NCBI GenBank assembly: GCA_949283975.1
Contig: CASDUK010000003.1
Location: 175,655 to 239,654 of the forward strand
Direction of reading: 5' to 3'
Origin: an uncultured Bacillota bacterium
GTDB taxonomy: Bacteria; Bacillota; Clostridia; Christensenellales; UBA1242
Length of the DNA stretch: 64,000 bases
Shown here: positions 23,824 through 36,464 of the stretch, piece by piece
How the letters are laid out: each line of letters begins with the position of its first letter
How positions within the stretch are numbered: the stretch's first letter is position 1
The notes under the pieces: generated by a model
What the model was told of the DNA's origin: nothing
What the model saw: only the letters and a program-made list of their open reading frames with translations
Databases searched by the model: none
Position numbers and translations under genes: made by a program

Positions 23824-25521
23824 ATGAAAACAAAAGTTAAAGTTGTTTCGGTTCTGTTGGCGCTTTTTTTAATTGCTGCGCTTTGCACTGGCCTTGCCTT
23901 TGCGCTTCCAAATTTAAATTTCAACCTAAAAGGCTCGCTTTCTTACACGCCTCAAACAAAAACTTATTATCCGCTTGTGCCGTTGTCAGATGGCCCCAGC
24001 GAGCTTCTTTTAAACTCCGATGAATTTAAAATTAGTTTCGAGGAAGTTGGAAATGGAGTTCTCATGACCTGTGACCTTTATGGCCAAATTTCAGATGGCA
24101 AATTAGACCTTGAGCATATGACCGCTGACATTCAAAGCCAATATTCGCCAAGCTTCTCATTTACTGCTGGAGACTATATGCTTGTAAATTCATTTGACTA
24201 TCGAAACCCCGATCCTTTTCAGTTTAGTCTTGTGGTTGGGGACTATTTAATAATGGTGCCAGATTTTATGGGAGCTACTGATGGAACGCCAATAATTTAC
24301 ATTCGAGAGGATGCGCCCGAAGGCCAGCTTTTATATTTTGGCAATTATTTTAGAGCCGATGTTGGTTGGGATTTGAGAATTGCGGTTCAAGAGCAAAACC
24401 TCTCAGGGCAAGCGCTTGTTGGCGCCTTTAACTCAAGTTCTGAAGGAGCAATGTTGGTTACTGTGGAAAAAGGCGGATATGCAGCAATTGATCTATCTTC
24501 TGTAACATTTTCAGAATTTGATCAAACAACAACTGGCGAAAAACAAGTTCAAGTAACATTCACAAATCCATTCACGAATTTGCAAACGACAAGGACCATA
24601 ACTGTTTCTGTTTATGATCCGAACCTTGAAGAAACAAGTTTTGAAATCAGTGTACAAATGGTATTTATAGAAAAAGATAACATAACCGCTTCAAACATTG
24701 CTCAAAAGCTAACAGCCTCTTTAGAAAGCGGAGACAGCATGATTATTATTCACCACAATGGGACATACGAGTATCTTGTTCAAATTACTCAGGACATGAT
24801 TTCGGACATAAAAATTAATGAAGACCTAAATATGATTTCGTGCATCTTAAATTACTCTGGAGTTGAGTTTCACTTGCAATTTTCAATAATCGAAGGAGAA
24901 GGAAACAATTTTTTTGCACCTTTAATGGCAGAGGCCTTTAGAAGCCCTGTTTTTGCTATTGAGGCTGGAACGACAAGCTATAACCGATTCGCTTATTTTG
25001 GTGCACTCTTTGACAACGGAGAGTTTGTTGGCCCGCTTGACCAGGCAACTTTTAAATTTACCTGTGATGGGCAGGAGATGACGCTTGACCAAATCTATCA
25101 AACTCCCGGACTTAAAGAGATTAAAGTTGAAGTTACGCTTTCAGACGGAAGGGAATTTGTTATGTTTGAAAATTTTCCAGTTTTTGTTTATGATGACGAA
25201 AACAAAATTCCAACAGGCGCAGATATTACGGCAGAATGTTGGGGAGATAAGAACCCAAGCGACATGGAACTTTTACCAGACGGAAGCCTTGATCTTTCGG
25301 GTTGTTATTTAAATGTTTATTACAATTGCAGCCGCCCCTCGGATCAATCTCTTGTTTTGGGGCAGGACTATGAGCAAATTCCGCTTTCTAGCGACTCTGT
25401 TGAGGTTTTATCTTTTAAACTTTTTGATCCTGGAAGCTCAGAGCCAAGAACGGTTATAACAAGCATAATTTACAGGGTTGAAGTTAACGGACAAGAGGTT
25501 GCTTTTGTAACTGGGCCATAA
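23824..25521 (+). CDS. secreted/surface hypothetical protein (565 aa)
   Basis: RBS is AGGGGGAAAG. The signal peptide is MKTKVKVVSVLLALFLIAALCTGLAFA, and the body is beta-rich and Ig-like in appearance. Confidence 0.65.
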   Translation: MKTKVKVVSVLLALFLIAALCTGLAFALPNLNFNLKGSLSYTPQTKTYYPLVPLSDGPSELLLNSDEFKISFEEVGNGVLMTCDLYGQISDGKLDLEHMTADIQSQYSPSFSFTAGDYMLVNSFDYRNPDPFQFSLVVGDYLIMVPDFMGATDGTPIIYIREDAPEGQLLYFGNYFRADVGWDLRIAVQEQNLSGQALVGAFNSSSEGAMLVTVEKGGYAAIDLSSVTFSEFDQTTTGEKQVQVTFTNPFTNLQTTRTITVSVYDPNLEETSFEISVQMVFIEKDNITASNIAQKLTASLESGDSMIIIHHNGTYEYLVQITQDMISDIKINEDLNMISCILNYSGVEFHLQFSIIEGEGNNFFAPLMAEAFRSPVFAIEAGTTSYNRFAYFGALFDNGEFVGPLDQATFKFTCDGQEMTLDQIYQTPGLKEIKVEVTLSDGREFVMFENFPVFVYDDENKIPTGADITAECWGDKNPSDMELLPDGSLDLSGCYLNVYYNCSRPSDQSLVLGQDYEQIPLSSDSVEVLSFKLFDPGSSEPRTVITSIIYRVEVNGQEVAFVTGP

Positions 25522-25554
25522 AACAAAAAAGCCAAGCATTTGCTTGGCTTTTTT
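25521..25554. terminator. bidirectional terminator between convergent genes
   Basis: The hairpin GCCAAGC-attt-GCTTGGC has an A-run upstream and a T-run downstream. Confidence 0.75.
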
Positions 25555-26374
25555 ATGAGGCTTCAAACTGTTTTTTCTTTTCTTCAAATTTGTCCAAAAT
25601 GTCGTTATAGGCGCTCATCTTAGTTTTAACAAGGTCTGTTTCCCACGGCTTTATTCGATAGAAGAAATTGTTGTTTTTTCTAACGTTGCAAAAGTGGTGG
25701 ACAACAATTTCTGGATAATACTTATCCTTGGAATTGAATTTTTCTGGGAGAACTTTTTTATATCTAACTGTTTTATTTAACGCGTCTTGATCCATGTATA
25801 ACATTTTTTTATCATGGCAAAGTTTTCTTGCGCGCTCAAACATTCCCGTTTCTCTAATTTTTTTCATGTTTAAAAGAAGAACGCCGGCGTTAAAGTAGTT
25901 TCTAATTCCCCAGCGAGAAGGGCTTGCCCAGTTGTATAAATCTTTAACACAAGCAAGTTCAAAGTTTTCAACGTCAACATTGTATAGCTCTGAAAGATCG
26001 TTGTTGATGATTGTGTCTGTGTCAAGGTAAATTATCTTGTCTGGAATTTGTGGGATCTTGTCTGCGAAGAGGCGAAGCATTGAATATGGCGTAAAATGGC
26101 TTCCAATGTTAACGCTGTCTAACATTTCCGCCTTAAACATATCCGTTAAATCAATTAATTCAAGGGTGTTTTCTTGGTTTCCTTCCTTTAAAATTTGTTC
26201 TAAAAACATTGCCTGGGCGTTTGAAATTGGAACAAACTTTGGGTTAATTTCCCTTAAATCCATTGTTAGGCAGTATGCGCAAATTTTTTCCTTTGTGTGT
26301 TTGGTTATTGAAAGAAGCGAAATTAACATTCCGTCAAAAACCTTGTTGTTTCCCGCAAAAAGCAAATTAATCAT
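25553..26374 (-). CDS. glycosyltransferase family 8
   Basis: IYLDTDTIINNDLSELY (DxD motif), NAGVLLLNMKKIRE and LYMDQDALN are typical of GT8. Confidence 0.8.
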   Translation of the reverse strand: MINLLFAGNNKVFDGMLISLLSITKHTKEKICAYCLTMDLREINPKFVPISNAQAMFLEQILKEGNQENTLELIDLTDMFKAEMLDSVNIGSHFTPYSMLRLFADKIPQIPDKIIYLDTDTIINNDLSELYNVDVENFELACVKDLYNWASPSRWGIRNYFNAGVLLLNMKKIRETGMFERARKLCHDKKMLYMDQDALNKTVRYKKVLPEKFNSKDKYYPEIVVHHFCNVRKNNNFFYRIKPWETDLVKTKMSAYNDILDKFEEKKKQFEAS

Positions 26375-27524
26375 TTTTCTTCTCCTTTAAATATATGTCT
26401 AAAAGTTTTTCAACAACGCCGTCCCAAGACAAGTATAAATCATTTTTTGCCCGTTTGCAAACGGCTGAATAATTTGTATCATTAAAAATTTCGATTATTT
26501 TTTTTGCAAATGAATTTGGCTTTGCTTCACAAATATATCCATTAACATTATCTTTGCAACTTGAAGAAGCAACGCTTCCTTTTGCAAACAGGGTTGGAGT
26601 TTCAAAGGCGGCGGCTTCAATTTTAACAATTCCGTCTGTGTCGTAAAAAGAGGGGAAAACATTTAAGTTTGCCAAAGAGAAAAACGCAGATTTCATTGTT
26701 GCATCATAAACCTTTCCAACAAATTTAACCTCGCCAGATAACTTGTTTTCTTTAACTTTTCTCTTGAAATATTTTTCATCTTGGCCGCCGCCAATTATCA
26801 ACAATTTAAAATTAAAGCCTTGCTCTTTTAAAATTTTGCAGGAATCTATAACCAAATCTATGTTTTTTAATTTAACAAGCCTTCCAATTGTTATTAAAAC
26901 AACTTGACCATCAGAAATTTCATATTTTTCCTTAATTTCCTTAATTTGTTTGGACAGGTCTGTTTCTGAATTTAAATCTGTTCCGTTTGGCAACAGTTCA
27001 ATTTTTCCTTTGTATCCATAGCCCTTTATTATTTCGGCGCATTTTGGGTTCATTGTTAAAAGAAGGTTTGAACGGTTAAAAACTTTTATAATAACTTTAA
27101 GCAAAATTTTTGTTATTGCCTTTGATTTCGTTGCCCTCATAAAATCTTGCTTAAATTGGCTGTGGAAGGTTGAAATAACTGGAATTTTGTTTTTGTTTCC
27201 AAACTTTGCCGCCATTTTTCCAATTGAAAACGGGCTGTGAATGTGGATTACATCTAAATTTGCCGCTTTGATTTGTTTTTTAAAAACCTTGTCAAGCTTT
27301 GGAAGCGGAAGGCGATAGTCCAAATTAAAAAACTTTGCGCTTTTGCAAAAAACAATTTTGTATGGAAGGTTTGATCCTGTGTAATTTTTGTTAACCTTTG
27401 GCGCAAAAACCGTTACATTTGCAAATTTGCAAAGCCTTTTTGCATAGTTGTCAACAACGTTAATAACGCCGTCAACCATTGGAAACCACGTATCGATAAA
27501 AAGCCCTATGTTAAGTTTTTCCAT
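26367..27524 (-). CDS. glycosyltransferase family 4 (GT-B, Glycos_transf_1)
   Basis: I moved the start to the ATG at 27524 (MEKLNIGLFIDTWFPMVDGV), which follows AAGGAA. The C-terminal region FPSFYDTDGIVKIEAAAFETPTLF is typical of GT4. It overlaps the GT8 start by 8 nt. Confidence 0.8.
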   Translation of the reverse strand: MEKLNIGLFIDTWFPMVDGVINVVDNYAKRLCKFANVTVFAPKVNKNYTGSNLPYKIVFCKSAKFFNLDYRLPLPKLDKVFKKQIKAANLDVIHIHSPFSIGKMAAKFGNKNKIPVISTFHSQFKQDFMRATKSKAITKILLKVIIKVFNRSNLLLTMNPKCAEIIKGYGYKGKIELLPNGTDLNSETDLSKQIKEIKEKYEISDGQVVLITIGRLVKLKNIDLVIDSCKILKEQGFNFKLLIIGGGQDEKYFKRKVKENKLSGEVKFVGKVYDATMKSAFFSLANLNVFPSFYDTDGIVKIEAAAFETPTLFAKGSVASSSCKDNVNGYICEAKPNSFAKKIIEIFNDTNYSAVCKRAKNDLYLSWDGVVEKLLDIYLKEKKND

Positions 27525-27590
27525 AAAATTCCTTAGCCAGGTTATTATACCATAACAAGGCTTTTGAGGCAAGTTAAAATAAAAAATTGT

Positions 27591-27619
27591 TTGACAGAAG
27601 GGGAGGATAAAGATATAAT
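27591..27619 (+). promoter_or_regulatory. consensus SigA promoter of valS
   Basis: TTGACA, a 17-nt spacer, then TATAAT (27614-27619), 44 nt upstream of the ATG at 27664. Confidence 0.65.
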
Positions 27620-27663
27620 AATATCGCACACTCTCGTGGGCGATTTTATTACGAGGAAAAGAC

Positions 27664-30057
27664 ATGTTAGAAAGCAAATATAACTTTTTACAAAGCGAGC
27701 CAAAATGGCAAAAATTTTGGCAAGAAGAGGGAATTTATAAGTTTGACAATAGTTCGAACAAAAAGATTTTTTCAATTGACACTCCGCCTCCAACCGTTAG
27801 CGGAAAAATTCACATTGGCCACATTTTTTCATATAGCCAAGCGGAGTTTATTGCAAGATATAAAAGAATGAAAGGGTTTAACGTTTTCTATCCCTTTGGT
27901 TTTGACGACAACGGCCTTCCAACCGAGCGCCTTGTTGAAAAGGAATTTAAAATTAAGGCCCACGAAGTTTCAAGAGAAGAATTCAGAGACAAGTGTATTG
28001 AAGTTGCAACGCGCTATGAAGAGGAGTTTAAAAACCTTTTTATTTCGGCTGGAAGCAGCGCAGATTTTTCGCTTTGCTATTCAACGGTTAGCCCGCGCGT
28101 TCAAAAAATTTCTCAAAAATCCTTTTTAGACTTGGTTCGCTCTGGCGAGGCATATTACGGCGAAAAGCCGGCAATTTGGTGTCCGGAGTGTAGAATTTCA
28201 ATTGCTCAGGCAGAACTTGAAAGCAAGGATATTGAAAGTTCTTTTAACCACCTCAAATTCAACTTTTCAGACGGGAGCGGGTTTTTGGAAATTGCAACAA
28301 CAAGGCCAGAGATGCTTTGCGCTTGCGTTTGCGTTTTTGTTAACCCAGAAGACGAAAGGTTTAAAGCTTTTGTTGGAAAAAAAGTTGTTGTTCCGCTTTA
28401 TAACTTTGAAGTTGAAATTTTAACAGACGACAAGGCTGCAATTGACAAGGGAACGGGCGTTGTTATGTGCTGCACATATGGCGACGAAACCGATCTTTAT
28501 TGGCAAGAAAAACACAACCTTCCAAGAAAAATTGCAATTGACGACGGCGGAAGAATGACAGAGCTTGCAGGCAAATACCAAGGGCTCAAGATTAAAGCGG
28601 CAAGGGAGCAGATTGTTGAGGATTTAAAGGCGGCGGGGCTTTTGATTAAACAAGAGCCAATTGTTCATGCCGTTTCAACTCACGAGCGCTGTGGAACGCC
28701 AATGGAAATAAATGTTAAAAAGCAGTGGTTCATAAAACTTGTTGACCACAAAGAGGAGTTTTTGGAGCGCGGAAAACAAATTTCTTGGCACCCAGACTTC
28801 ATGAAGAGCCGCTACTTCAACTGGGTTGAAAATGTTGACAGAGATTGGTGTATAAGCAGACAAAGATATTTTGGAGTTCCAATTCCCGTTTGGTATTGCA
28901 AGGATTGCGGGGAAATTATTCTTCCAAACGACGAAGATCTTCCAGTAAATCCGCTGACGGACAGCCCTAAAGGGCCATGCCCAAAGTGTGGAAGCTTAAA
29001 CTTTGTTGGAGAGAGCGACATTTTCGACACCTGGCAAACATCTTCAATCACGCCGCAAATAAACTGCCATTGGAGCGAAGACGAGCAGTTTTATAAAAAA
29101 CTTATGCCAATGAGCCTAAGGCCTAACGCCCACGACATAATTAGAACTTGGGATTTTTACACAATTGCAAAATCCCACTTCCATTCAAATTCCTTGCCAT
29201 GGGAAAATGTTATGATTTCTGGCTTCGTCATGGCAAATAAAGATGAAAAGATTAGCAAGAGCAAATCCAACTCAAAGCTTTCGCCAGAGGCTCTTTTAAA
29301 GGAAAAGGGCGCAGATGTAACTAGATATTGGGCGTCAACGGGAAGCCTTGGAAGAGACATAATTTTCTCGGAAGAAGAGTTTAAAAACGGCGCAAAATTA
29401 GTTAATAAAATTTGGAACGCTTCGCGCTTTGTTCTTTCGCTTTTAGAAGGATATTCTCCAAAGAAAACAAAGCTCTATCCAACGGATAGTTACATAATGC
29501 AAAAGTATAACGAAATGCTTTCCAAATTTGAGGATTATTTTGATAAATATGAAATTGGCCTTGCAATTGGCGAACTCGAAAAGTTTTTCTGGAGCTTTTG
29601 TGACAATTACATTGAAATTGCAAAGAAAAGGCTTTATAATCCAGATATATATGGCCAAGATGCAACAAATAGCGCGCGCTTTGCATGTTACAATGTTTTG
29701 CTTGGAATGTTAAAACTTTTTGCAATTTATCTTCCACACATAACAGAAGAAATCTATCAAGCATATTTCAGAGAATTTGAGAAAGAGAAATCAATTCACA
29801 TAACCCAAATTGAAAAGCTAGATGTTTTGGAAGACAAAAAGGTTTTAAACGCCGGCGAAGAGGCAATTGAAGTTGTTTCAAAAATCCGCGCATTTAAATC
29901 TGAAAACAACTTATCTCTCAAAGAGCCGCTAAATTTAGTTGAGGTTGTTGGTTACAGCGGCGAACTTGAGCTCTTTAAAGAAGATTTAATGGCCGTTGGT
30001 TCAATTGAAAATCTTAAATTTGAAAACGGCGAAAGGGAAGTTAAAATTCAAAGGTAA
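27664..30057 (+). CDS. valS: valine--tRNA ligase (short form, 797 aa)
   Basis: TPPPTVSGKIHIGH (HIGH motif), ATTRPEMLCACV, DWCISRQRYFGVPIPVWYC and KISKSKSN (KMSKS motif). Confidence 0.8.
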   Translation: MLESKYNFLQSEPKWQKFWQEEGIYKFDNSSNKKIFSIDTPPPTVSGKIHIGHIFSYSQAEFIARYKRMKGFNVFYPFGFDDNGLPTERLVEKEFKIKAHEVSREEFRDKCIEVATRYEEEFKNLFISAGSSADFSLCYSTVSPRVQKISQKSFLDLVRSGEAYYGEKPAIWCPECRISIAQAELESKDIESSFNHLKFNFSDGSGFLEIATTRPEMLCACVCVFVNPEDERFKAFVGKKVVVPLYNFEVEILTDDKAAIDKGTGVVMCCTYGDETDLYWQEKHNLPRKIAIDDGGRMTELAGKYQGLKIKAAREQIVEDLKAAGLLIKQEPIVHAVSTHERCGTPMEINVKKQWFIKLVDHKEEFLERGKQISWHPDFMKSRYFNWVENVDRDWCISRQRYFGVPIPVWYCKDCGEIILPNDEDLPVNPLTDSPKGPCPKCGSLNFVGESDIFDTWQTSSITPQINCHWSEDEQFYKKLMPMSLRPNAHDIIRTWDFYTIAKSHFHSNSLPWENVMISGFVMANKDEKISKSKSNSKLSPEALLKEKGADVTRYWASTGSLGRDIIFSEEEFKNGAKLVNKIWNASRFVLSLLEGYSPKKTKLYPTDSYIMQKYNEMLSKFEDYFDKYEIGLAIGELEKFFWSFCDNYIEIAKKRLYNPDIYGQDATNSARFACYNVLLGMLKLFAIYLPHITEEIYQAYFREFEKEKSIHITQIEKLDVLEDKKVLNAGEEAIEVVSKIRAFKSENNLSLKEPLNLVEVVGYSGELELFKEDLMAVGSIENLKFENGEREVKIQR

Positions 30058-30066
30058 GAGGAAAGA

Positions 30067-31314
30067 ATGAAAGATCACATAACGCCAAACCTGTTAAAGC
30101 TTGCACGTCTTTTTAAAAAGAAAGGCGAGCTTTATATTGTTGGCGGATATGTTAGAAATGCGCTTTTGGGCGTTTTTGAAACGGATATTGACCTTGCAAG
30201 TAGGCTCACCAATGATGAGATTAAAGAAGTTTTATTTGGAACAAAATATGAAGTTAAAGAAACTTCAAGGAAGCTTGGAACGCTTGTGATTTCGCTTGGC
30301 GAGGAAAAGTGGCAGCACACAACTTTTAGAAGGGAAGAATATCCAAACGGCGGCGACCACACTCCAACCAAGGTTGAATTTATTGACGACATAAGAGAAG
30401 ATGCAAAACGAAGGGATTTCACAGTAAACGCAATTTATTACAACATTTTAAAGGATAAGATTGAGGATTTCTATGACGGGGTTGGAGACGTAAAGAAGAA
30501 GATCATTAGAACGATTGAAACTCCGGACCATGTCTTTGCGTCGGACGGGCTTAGAATTTTAAGAATGGTTAGGCAGGCTTCGGAGCTTGGTTTTAGAGTT
30601 AACGGCGAAACGATGCTTGGAGCATATGACAGAAGAGAGAATCTTTCGGACATTTCCGGGCCAAGAAAACTTGCCGAACTTGAGCTAATTTTAAACTCAC
30701 CAAAAAGATATAAAATTAGCCGGCCAAATTCGTTTATGTTTGGCCTTCAAGTTTTTAATATGCTAAGGCTTTGGAAATATTACAACAGCCCGGTTTTAAA
30801 AGTTAAGTTTAACCTTGTAAAAAAAGTTTTGCCAGAAAACAGGTTTGTTGCGCTTTTAATTGACATAATTTCTTCTTCAAAATACAAGAGCGACCACGCC
30901 GAACTTGTCAACCAAATTTTGGGAAAATTTGGGCTTGGAATGGCGGAAAATAAAATTGAAAAATATCGAAAAATTGTCTGCGCCTATTTCGATGCGATTG
31001 CAAAAATTGAAAATAAAGAATTTTTTATTAATTATTTTGACGATTTTAAAATAATTTCTAATTTATTAGAAAAAAAATCAAAAAAAATATACCGAAAATA
31101 CAATTTTTTCTATAATTATTTAATAAATAACAAAGTTCCAATAAGGCTAAAAGACCTTAAAATAAGCGGCCAGGACATTAAAGAAAAATATCCAAAAATT
31201 AAAGAAAAATATTATAAAGTTATTTTAACAGAGCTTTTAAGCAGGGTTTTTGACGGCGCGCTTAAAAATGAAAAAGATGTTCTTTTGGAGGAGGTTTCGA
31301 AGGTTAAGGTTTAA
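30067..31314 (+). CDS. cca: CCA-adding tRNA nucleotidyltransferase / poly(A) polymerase family protein
   Basis: LYIVGGYVRNALLG..ETDIDLA, RRDFTVNAIYYN and DGLRILRMVRQASELGF are present. Confidence 0.8.
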   Translation: MKDHITPNLLKLARLFKKKGELYIVGGYVRNALLGVFETDIDLASRLTNDEIKEVLFGTKYEVKETSRKLGTLVISLGEEKWQHTTFRREEYPNGGDHTPTKVEFIDDIREDAKRRDFTVNAIYYNILKDKIEDFYDGVGDVKKKIIRTIETPDHVFASDGLRILRMVRQASELGFRVNGETMLGAYDRRENLSDISGPRKLAELELILNSPKRYKISRPNSFMFGLQVFNMLRLWKYYNSPVLKVKFNLVKKVLPENRFVALLIDIISSSKYKSDHAELVNQILGKFGLGMAENKIEKYRKIVCAYFDAIAKIENKEFFINYFDDFKIISNLLEKKSKKIYRKYNFFYNYLINNKVPIRLKDLKISGQDIKEKYPKIKEKYYKVILTELLSRVFDGALKNEKDVLLEEVSKVKV

Positions 31315-31317
31315 AAA

Positions 31318-31340
31318 AGAGCAATTTTTTGCTCTTTTTT
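31318..31340 (+). terminator. rho-independent terminator after cca
   Basis: AGAGCA-attttt-TGCTCT followed by TTTTTT. Confidence 0.7.
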
Positions 31341-31370
31341 AATATTTTTTATAAATAAATTCAAAAAATA

Positions 31371-31399
31371 AAAAAACCTATCAAAAGGATAGGTTTTTT
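31371..31399 (-). terminator. terminator after gyrA (hairpin flanked by A- and T-runs)
   Basis: AAAAAA-CCTATC-aaaa-GATAGG-TTTTTT. Confidence 0.7.
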
Positions 31400-31406
31400 A
31401 GCTATT

Positions 31407-33956
31407 TTATTCTTCTGGTTTTAATTCCTCAGTTGCATATTCCATTTCTTCGTTTGAAAGGGAAACATCTTGAACATCTGTTGTTGCAAGAGATGTTTCT
31501 TCGTTTTCCTCGTGAATTGTTGTTGCAACGCTAACAATTTTGCTTCCCGGGCGAAGGCGCATAACTTTAACTCCAAGCGAACTTCTTCCAACCATTCTGA
31601 TATCTGACGCCGCCATTCTAATTATTACGCCGTTGTCGGAAATAAGCATCAAATCTTCATCTTCATTGATCATTTTTAATGCAACAAGTTTTCCAGTTTT
31701 TTCGTTGAAATTTCCGGCCTTAATTCCCTTTCCGCCACGAGTTTGAAGGCGATAGTCCTCGCTAACTGTTCTCTTTCCAAACCCGTTTTCTGTTATTGTT
31801 ATAAACTGGGAGTTTTCATTTATTATTGCCATGTCAACAACAAAGTCGTCTTCGTCTAGTTTCATACTTCTAACGCCTTGGCTTGTTCTTCCCATTGGCC
31901 TTACGTTTTTCTCGCTGAAGCGAATACACTTTCCCTTGCTTGATGCAATTAAAATTTCGTTTTCTCCGCTTGTTAGGCCAACTCCAATTAACTTATCGCC
32001 GTCAACAAGTTTAATTGCAATTTTTCCGCTTTTCATGATGTTTGCAAACTCTTTTAGGTTTGTCTTTTTAATAAGCCCGTTTCGAGTTGCAATAATCAAG
32101 TTTCCTTCTTGTCCCTTTTCAAAGGAAATCATTGCCTCAACTTTTTCCTCCGGCATAAGTTGAAGAAGGTTTATAATTGCGCGCCCCTTTGCTTGGCGCT
32201 GGGCTTCTGGAACTTCATAAGCCCTAATTGAATAAACTTTTCCAAAGTTTGTGAAGAAAAGAAGGTCGCTGTGGGTGCTTGTTATAACAATTCTTTCAAC
32301 AAAGTCTTCGTCCTTTGTTTTATGGGCGGAAATTCCAACGCCGCCCCTTCTTTGAGCGTGATATTCGCTAACACTCATTCTCTTAATATAGCCGCCATGG
32401 GTTAGAGAAATTACAACATCTTCTTTTTCAATTAAATCTTCGTTGTCAATTGTTCCAATTTCCATGCTAATTTCTGTTTTTCGTGGCGTTCCGAATTGGT
32501 TTTTAACATTTTCAAGTTCATCATAGATTATTTGAAGAACGCGCTCTGGGCGGGCCAAAATATCGTTTAAATCTGCAATTAAGGCTTCAAGCTCTGCAAG
32601 CTCTTCTTTAAGTTTTTGAACTTCAAGGCTTGTTAGGCGGGAGAGTTTCATCTCCAAAATTGCGTTTGCCTGCTTTTCAGATAGTTCGAATGAGGCCATA
32701 AGCTTTGAAACTGCGTCTTGCTTGTCGTCTGATGTTTTAATGATGTTGACAACTTCGTCTATATTTGCAAGGGCAATTACAAGGCCTTTAACAATGTGTT
32801 CTCTTTCAAGCGCCTTTCCAAGGTCAAACTGGGTTTTTCTAAGCAAAACTTCCTTTTGGTGTTCCAAATAATAATACAAAATTTCTTTTAGGTTTAAAAT
32901 TTTTGGAGCGCCGTCAACTAGGGCAAGGAAAATTATTCCGCCGCTGGCTTGAAGTTGAGTGTGTTTGTAGAGCATGTTTAAAACAACTTGTGCATTTGCG
33001 TCTCGTTTAACATCAACAACAATTCTCATTCCGTCTCTGTCCGACTCTTCTTTGATGTCTGCAATTCCTTCAATTCTCTTGTTTTTAACAAGGTCTGCCA
33101 TTTGAACAATTAATCTTGCTTTATTAACTTGATAGGGCAGTTCGGTTATAACAATTCTGTGGCGGCCGTTTTCTGTTTCCTCAATTTCTGCGCGCCCGCG
33201 AACAACAATTCCTCCGCGCCCTGTTTTATATGCATGTTTAACCGCAGCGCGCCCCATAATTATTCCGCCCGTTGGATAGTCTGGCGCGGGAATTAATTTA
33301 ATTAAGTCGTCAATTTCAATATCTGGGTTTTTAATTAGAGCCTGAACGCCGGAAATAACCTCAACAAGGTTGTGTGGAGGAATGTTTGTTGCCATTCCAA
33401 CCGCAATTCCGTCCGCGCCGTTAACCAAAAGGTTTGGAAACTTTGCTGGAAGAACGGAAGGTTGCATCAAGGTGTCATCAAAATTTGGATAGAAGTCAAC
33501 GGTGTTTTTGTCAATATCTTCAAGCATGAGTCCGGCAATTTTTGAAAGGCGGGCTTCTGTGTATCTCATAGCTGCTGGACTGTCGCCGTCAACAGAGCCA
33601 AAGTTTCCGTGGCCGTCTACAAGAGGGCAACCAATTGAAAAATCTTGTGCCAAACGAACAAGGGCATCGTAAACAGAGCTGTCGCCATGTGGGTGATATT
33701 TACCCATAACTTCACCAACAATTCTTGCTGATTTACGATATGGCTTGTCGTTGAACAGGTTTAGTTCGCCCATTGAATATAAAATTCTCCTGTGAACGGG
33801 CTTTAAGCCGTCTCTAACATCTGGGATTGCGCGCGAAACATTAACCGCCATTGCATAGGAGATGAAGGACTTTTTTAGTTCGTCGTTAACTTCAACTTTA
33901 ACAACTTTTGTGTCCTTAAAAATTTCTTCTAATGACTTTTTCTTATCATCTTTCAT
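31407..33956 (-). CDS. gyrA: DNA gyrase subunit A
   Basis: [50 protein letters not shown] and [10 protein letters not shown] are present, and the beta-pinwheel C-terminal domain is intact. The product is 849 aa. Confidence 0.97.
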   Translation of the reverse strand: MKDDKKKSLEEIFKDTKVVKVEVNDELKKSFISYAMAVNVSRAIPDVRDGLKPVHRRILYSMGELNLFNDKPYRKSARIVGEVMGKYHPHGDSSVYDALVRLAQDFSIGCPLVDGHGNFGSVDGDSPAAMRYTEARLSKIAGLMLEDIDKNTVDFYPNFDDTLMQPSVLPAKFPNLLVNGADGIAVGMATNIPPHNLVEVISGVQALIKNPDIEIDDLIKLIPAPDYPTGGIIMGRAAVKHAYKTGRGGIVVRGRAEIEETENGRHRIVITELPYQVNKARLIVQMADLVKNKRIEGIADIKEESDRDGMRIVVDVKRDANAQVVLNMLYKHTQLQASGGIIFLALVDGAPKILNLKEILYYYLEHQKEVLLRKTQFDLGKALEREHIVKGLVIALANIDEVVNIIKTSDDKQDAVSKLMASFELSEKQANAILEMKLSRLTSLEVQKLKEELAELEALIADLNDILARPERVLQIIYDELENVKNQFGTPRKTEISMEIGTIDNEDLIEKEDVVISLTHGGYIKRMSVSEYHAQRRGGVGISAHKTKDEDFVERIVITSTHSDLLFFTNFGKVYSIRAYEVPEAQRQAKGRAIINLLQLMPEEKVEAMISFEKGQEGNLIIATRNGLIKKTNLKEFANIMKSGKIAIKLVDGDKLIGVGLTSGENEILIASSKGKCIRFSEKNVRPMGRTSQGVRSMKLDEDDFVVDMAIINENSQFITITENGFGKRTVSEDYRLQTRGGKGIKAGNFNEKTGKLVALKMINEDEDLMLISDNGVIIRMAASDIRMVGRSSLGVKVMRLRPGSKIVSVATTIHEENEETSLATTDVQDVSLSNEEMEYATEELKPEE

Positions 33957-33957
33957 T

Positions 33958-34272
33958 TTATTCCACCTCTTTAAGAAGTTTTAAAGTTCTTCTAATCTTT
34001 TCACTTCGAATTTTCTCAATTTCTTCTGTTCCATAGAAAATTTCAAGTTGTTCGGCCATATTTAAAACATCTGCAATTTCTTCCTTTATGTGGCCAATGT
34101 TATCTTCAATTTTTTCCTTTGGAACATTTTCAAATTTGTCTCTGTTAAATCTAATTTTTTTGCAAAGTTCCTTTGTTAGCTCGCTCATTTCTTCAATTGC
34201 CATTCTTTCTTGGGCTTCTTGCCCCCACTCTTTTAAAAAAATTTCATAAGCAGCTTTAAATTCCTCTTTCAT
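33958..34272 (-). CDS. small MazG-like / all-alpha NTP-pyrophosphohydrolase-fold protein inserted between gyrB and gyrA
   Basis: The 104-aa product has RBS AAGGGGGG and stops 1 nt before the gyrA ATG. MAIEEMSELTKEL...IKEEIADVLNMAEQL resembles the MazG-like EExxE...E-x-aDv pattern. The fold assignment is tentative. Confidence 0.45.
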   Translation of the reverse strand: MKEEFKAAYEIFLKEWGQEAQERMAIEEMSELTKELCKKIRFNRDKFENVPKEKIEDNIGHIKEEIADVLNMAEQLEIFYGTEEIEKIRSEKIRRTLKLLKEVE

Positions 34273-34341
34273 AATCCCCCCTTGTGTGTGGCACAGAAAT
34301 GCTTAAATACTTGTGCTTTGTTGCCTAGTTGAGCAGCCTTT

Positions 34342-36297
<1,956 letters not shown>

Positions 36298-36442
36298 CTA
36301 TAAATAATAAAGCAACTAAAAATCAACAAATTTTATAACATGCCAAAATTTGCCCGCAAATGGCGCTGTTTTTGTTTAGAGATAAAAGGGCGGGTTATTT
36401 GCCGAAAGCGGAGAAGTTTGCTTTTAGAGGGCAAAATAACAA

Positions 36443-36464
36443 CAAAAAAAGCCGCTTTGCGGCT
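36443..36464 (-). terminator. rho-independent terminator (minus strand)
   Basis: On the minus strand AGCCGC-aaa-GCGGCT is followed by TTTTTTT, abutting the stop of the 172-aa gene. Confidence 0.6.

Noticed and set aside
23502-23924. Two minus-strand ORFs (64 and 75 aa) in the intergenic region containing the poly-G tract
   Set aside because: They are low-complexity (the poly-G reads as PPPP), have no RBS, and overlap the start of the signal-peptide gene. The region is better explained as regulatory DNA.
27525-27663. T-box riboswitch leader upstream of valS
   Set aside because: A consensus promoter leaves only about 40 nt of 5' UTR, far too short for a T-box. I see no specifier-loop or T-box consensus sequence.
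27525-27677. N-terminal extensions proposed by the ORF track (GT4 to 27677; also 36983-37168, 7442-7495, 38035-38046, 36262-36273 and 14084-14089)
   Set aside because: In each case an internal ATG or GTG has a proper Shine-Dalgarno sequence. The extension either overlaps a neighbouring gene or promoter or encodes implausible sequence, so I moved the starts downstream.
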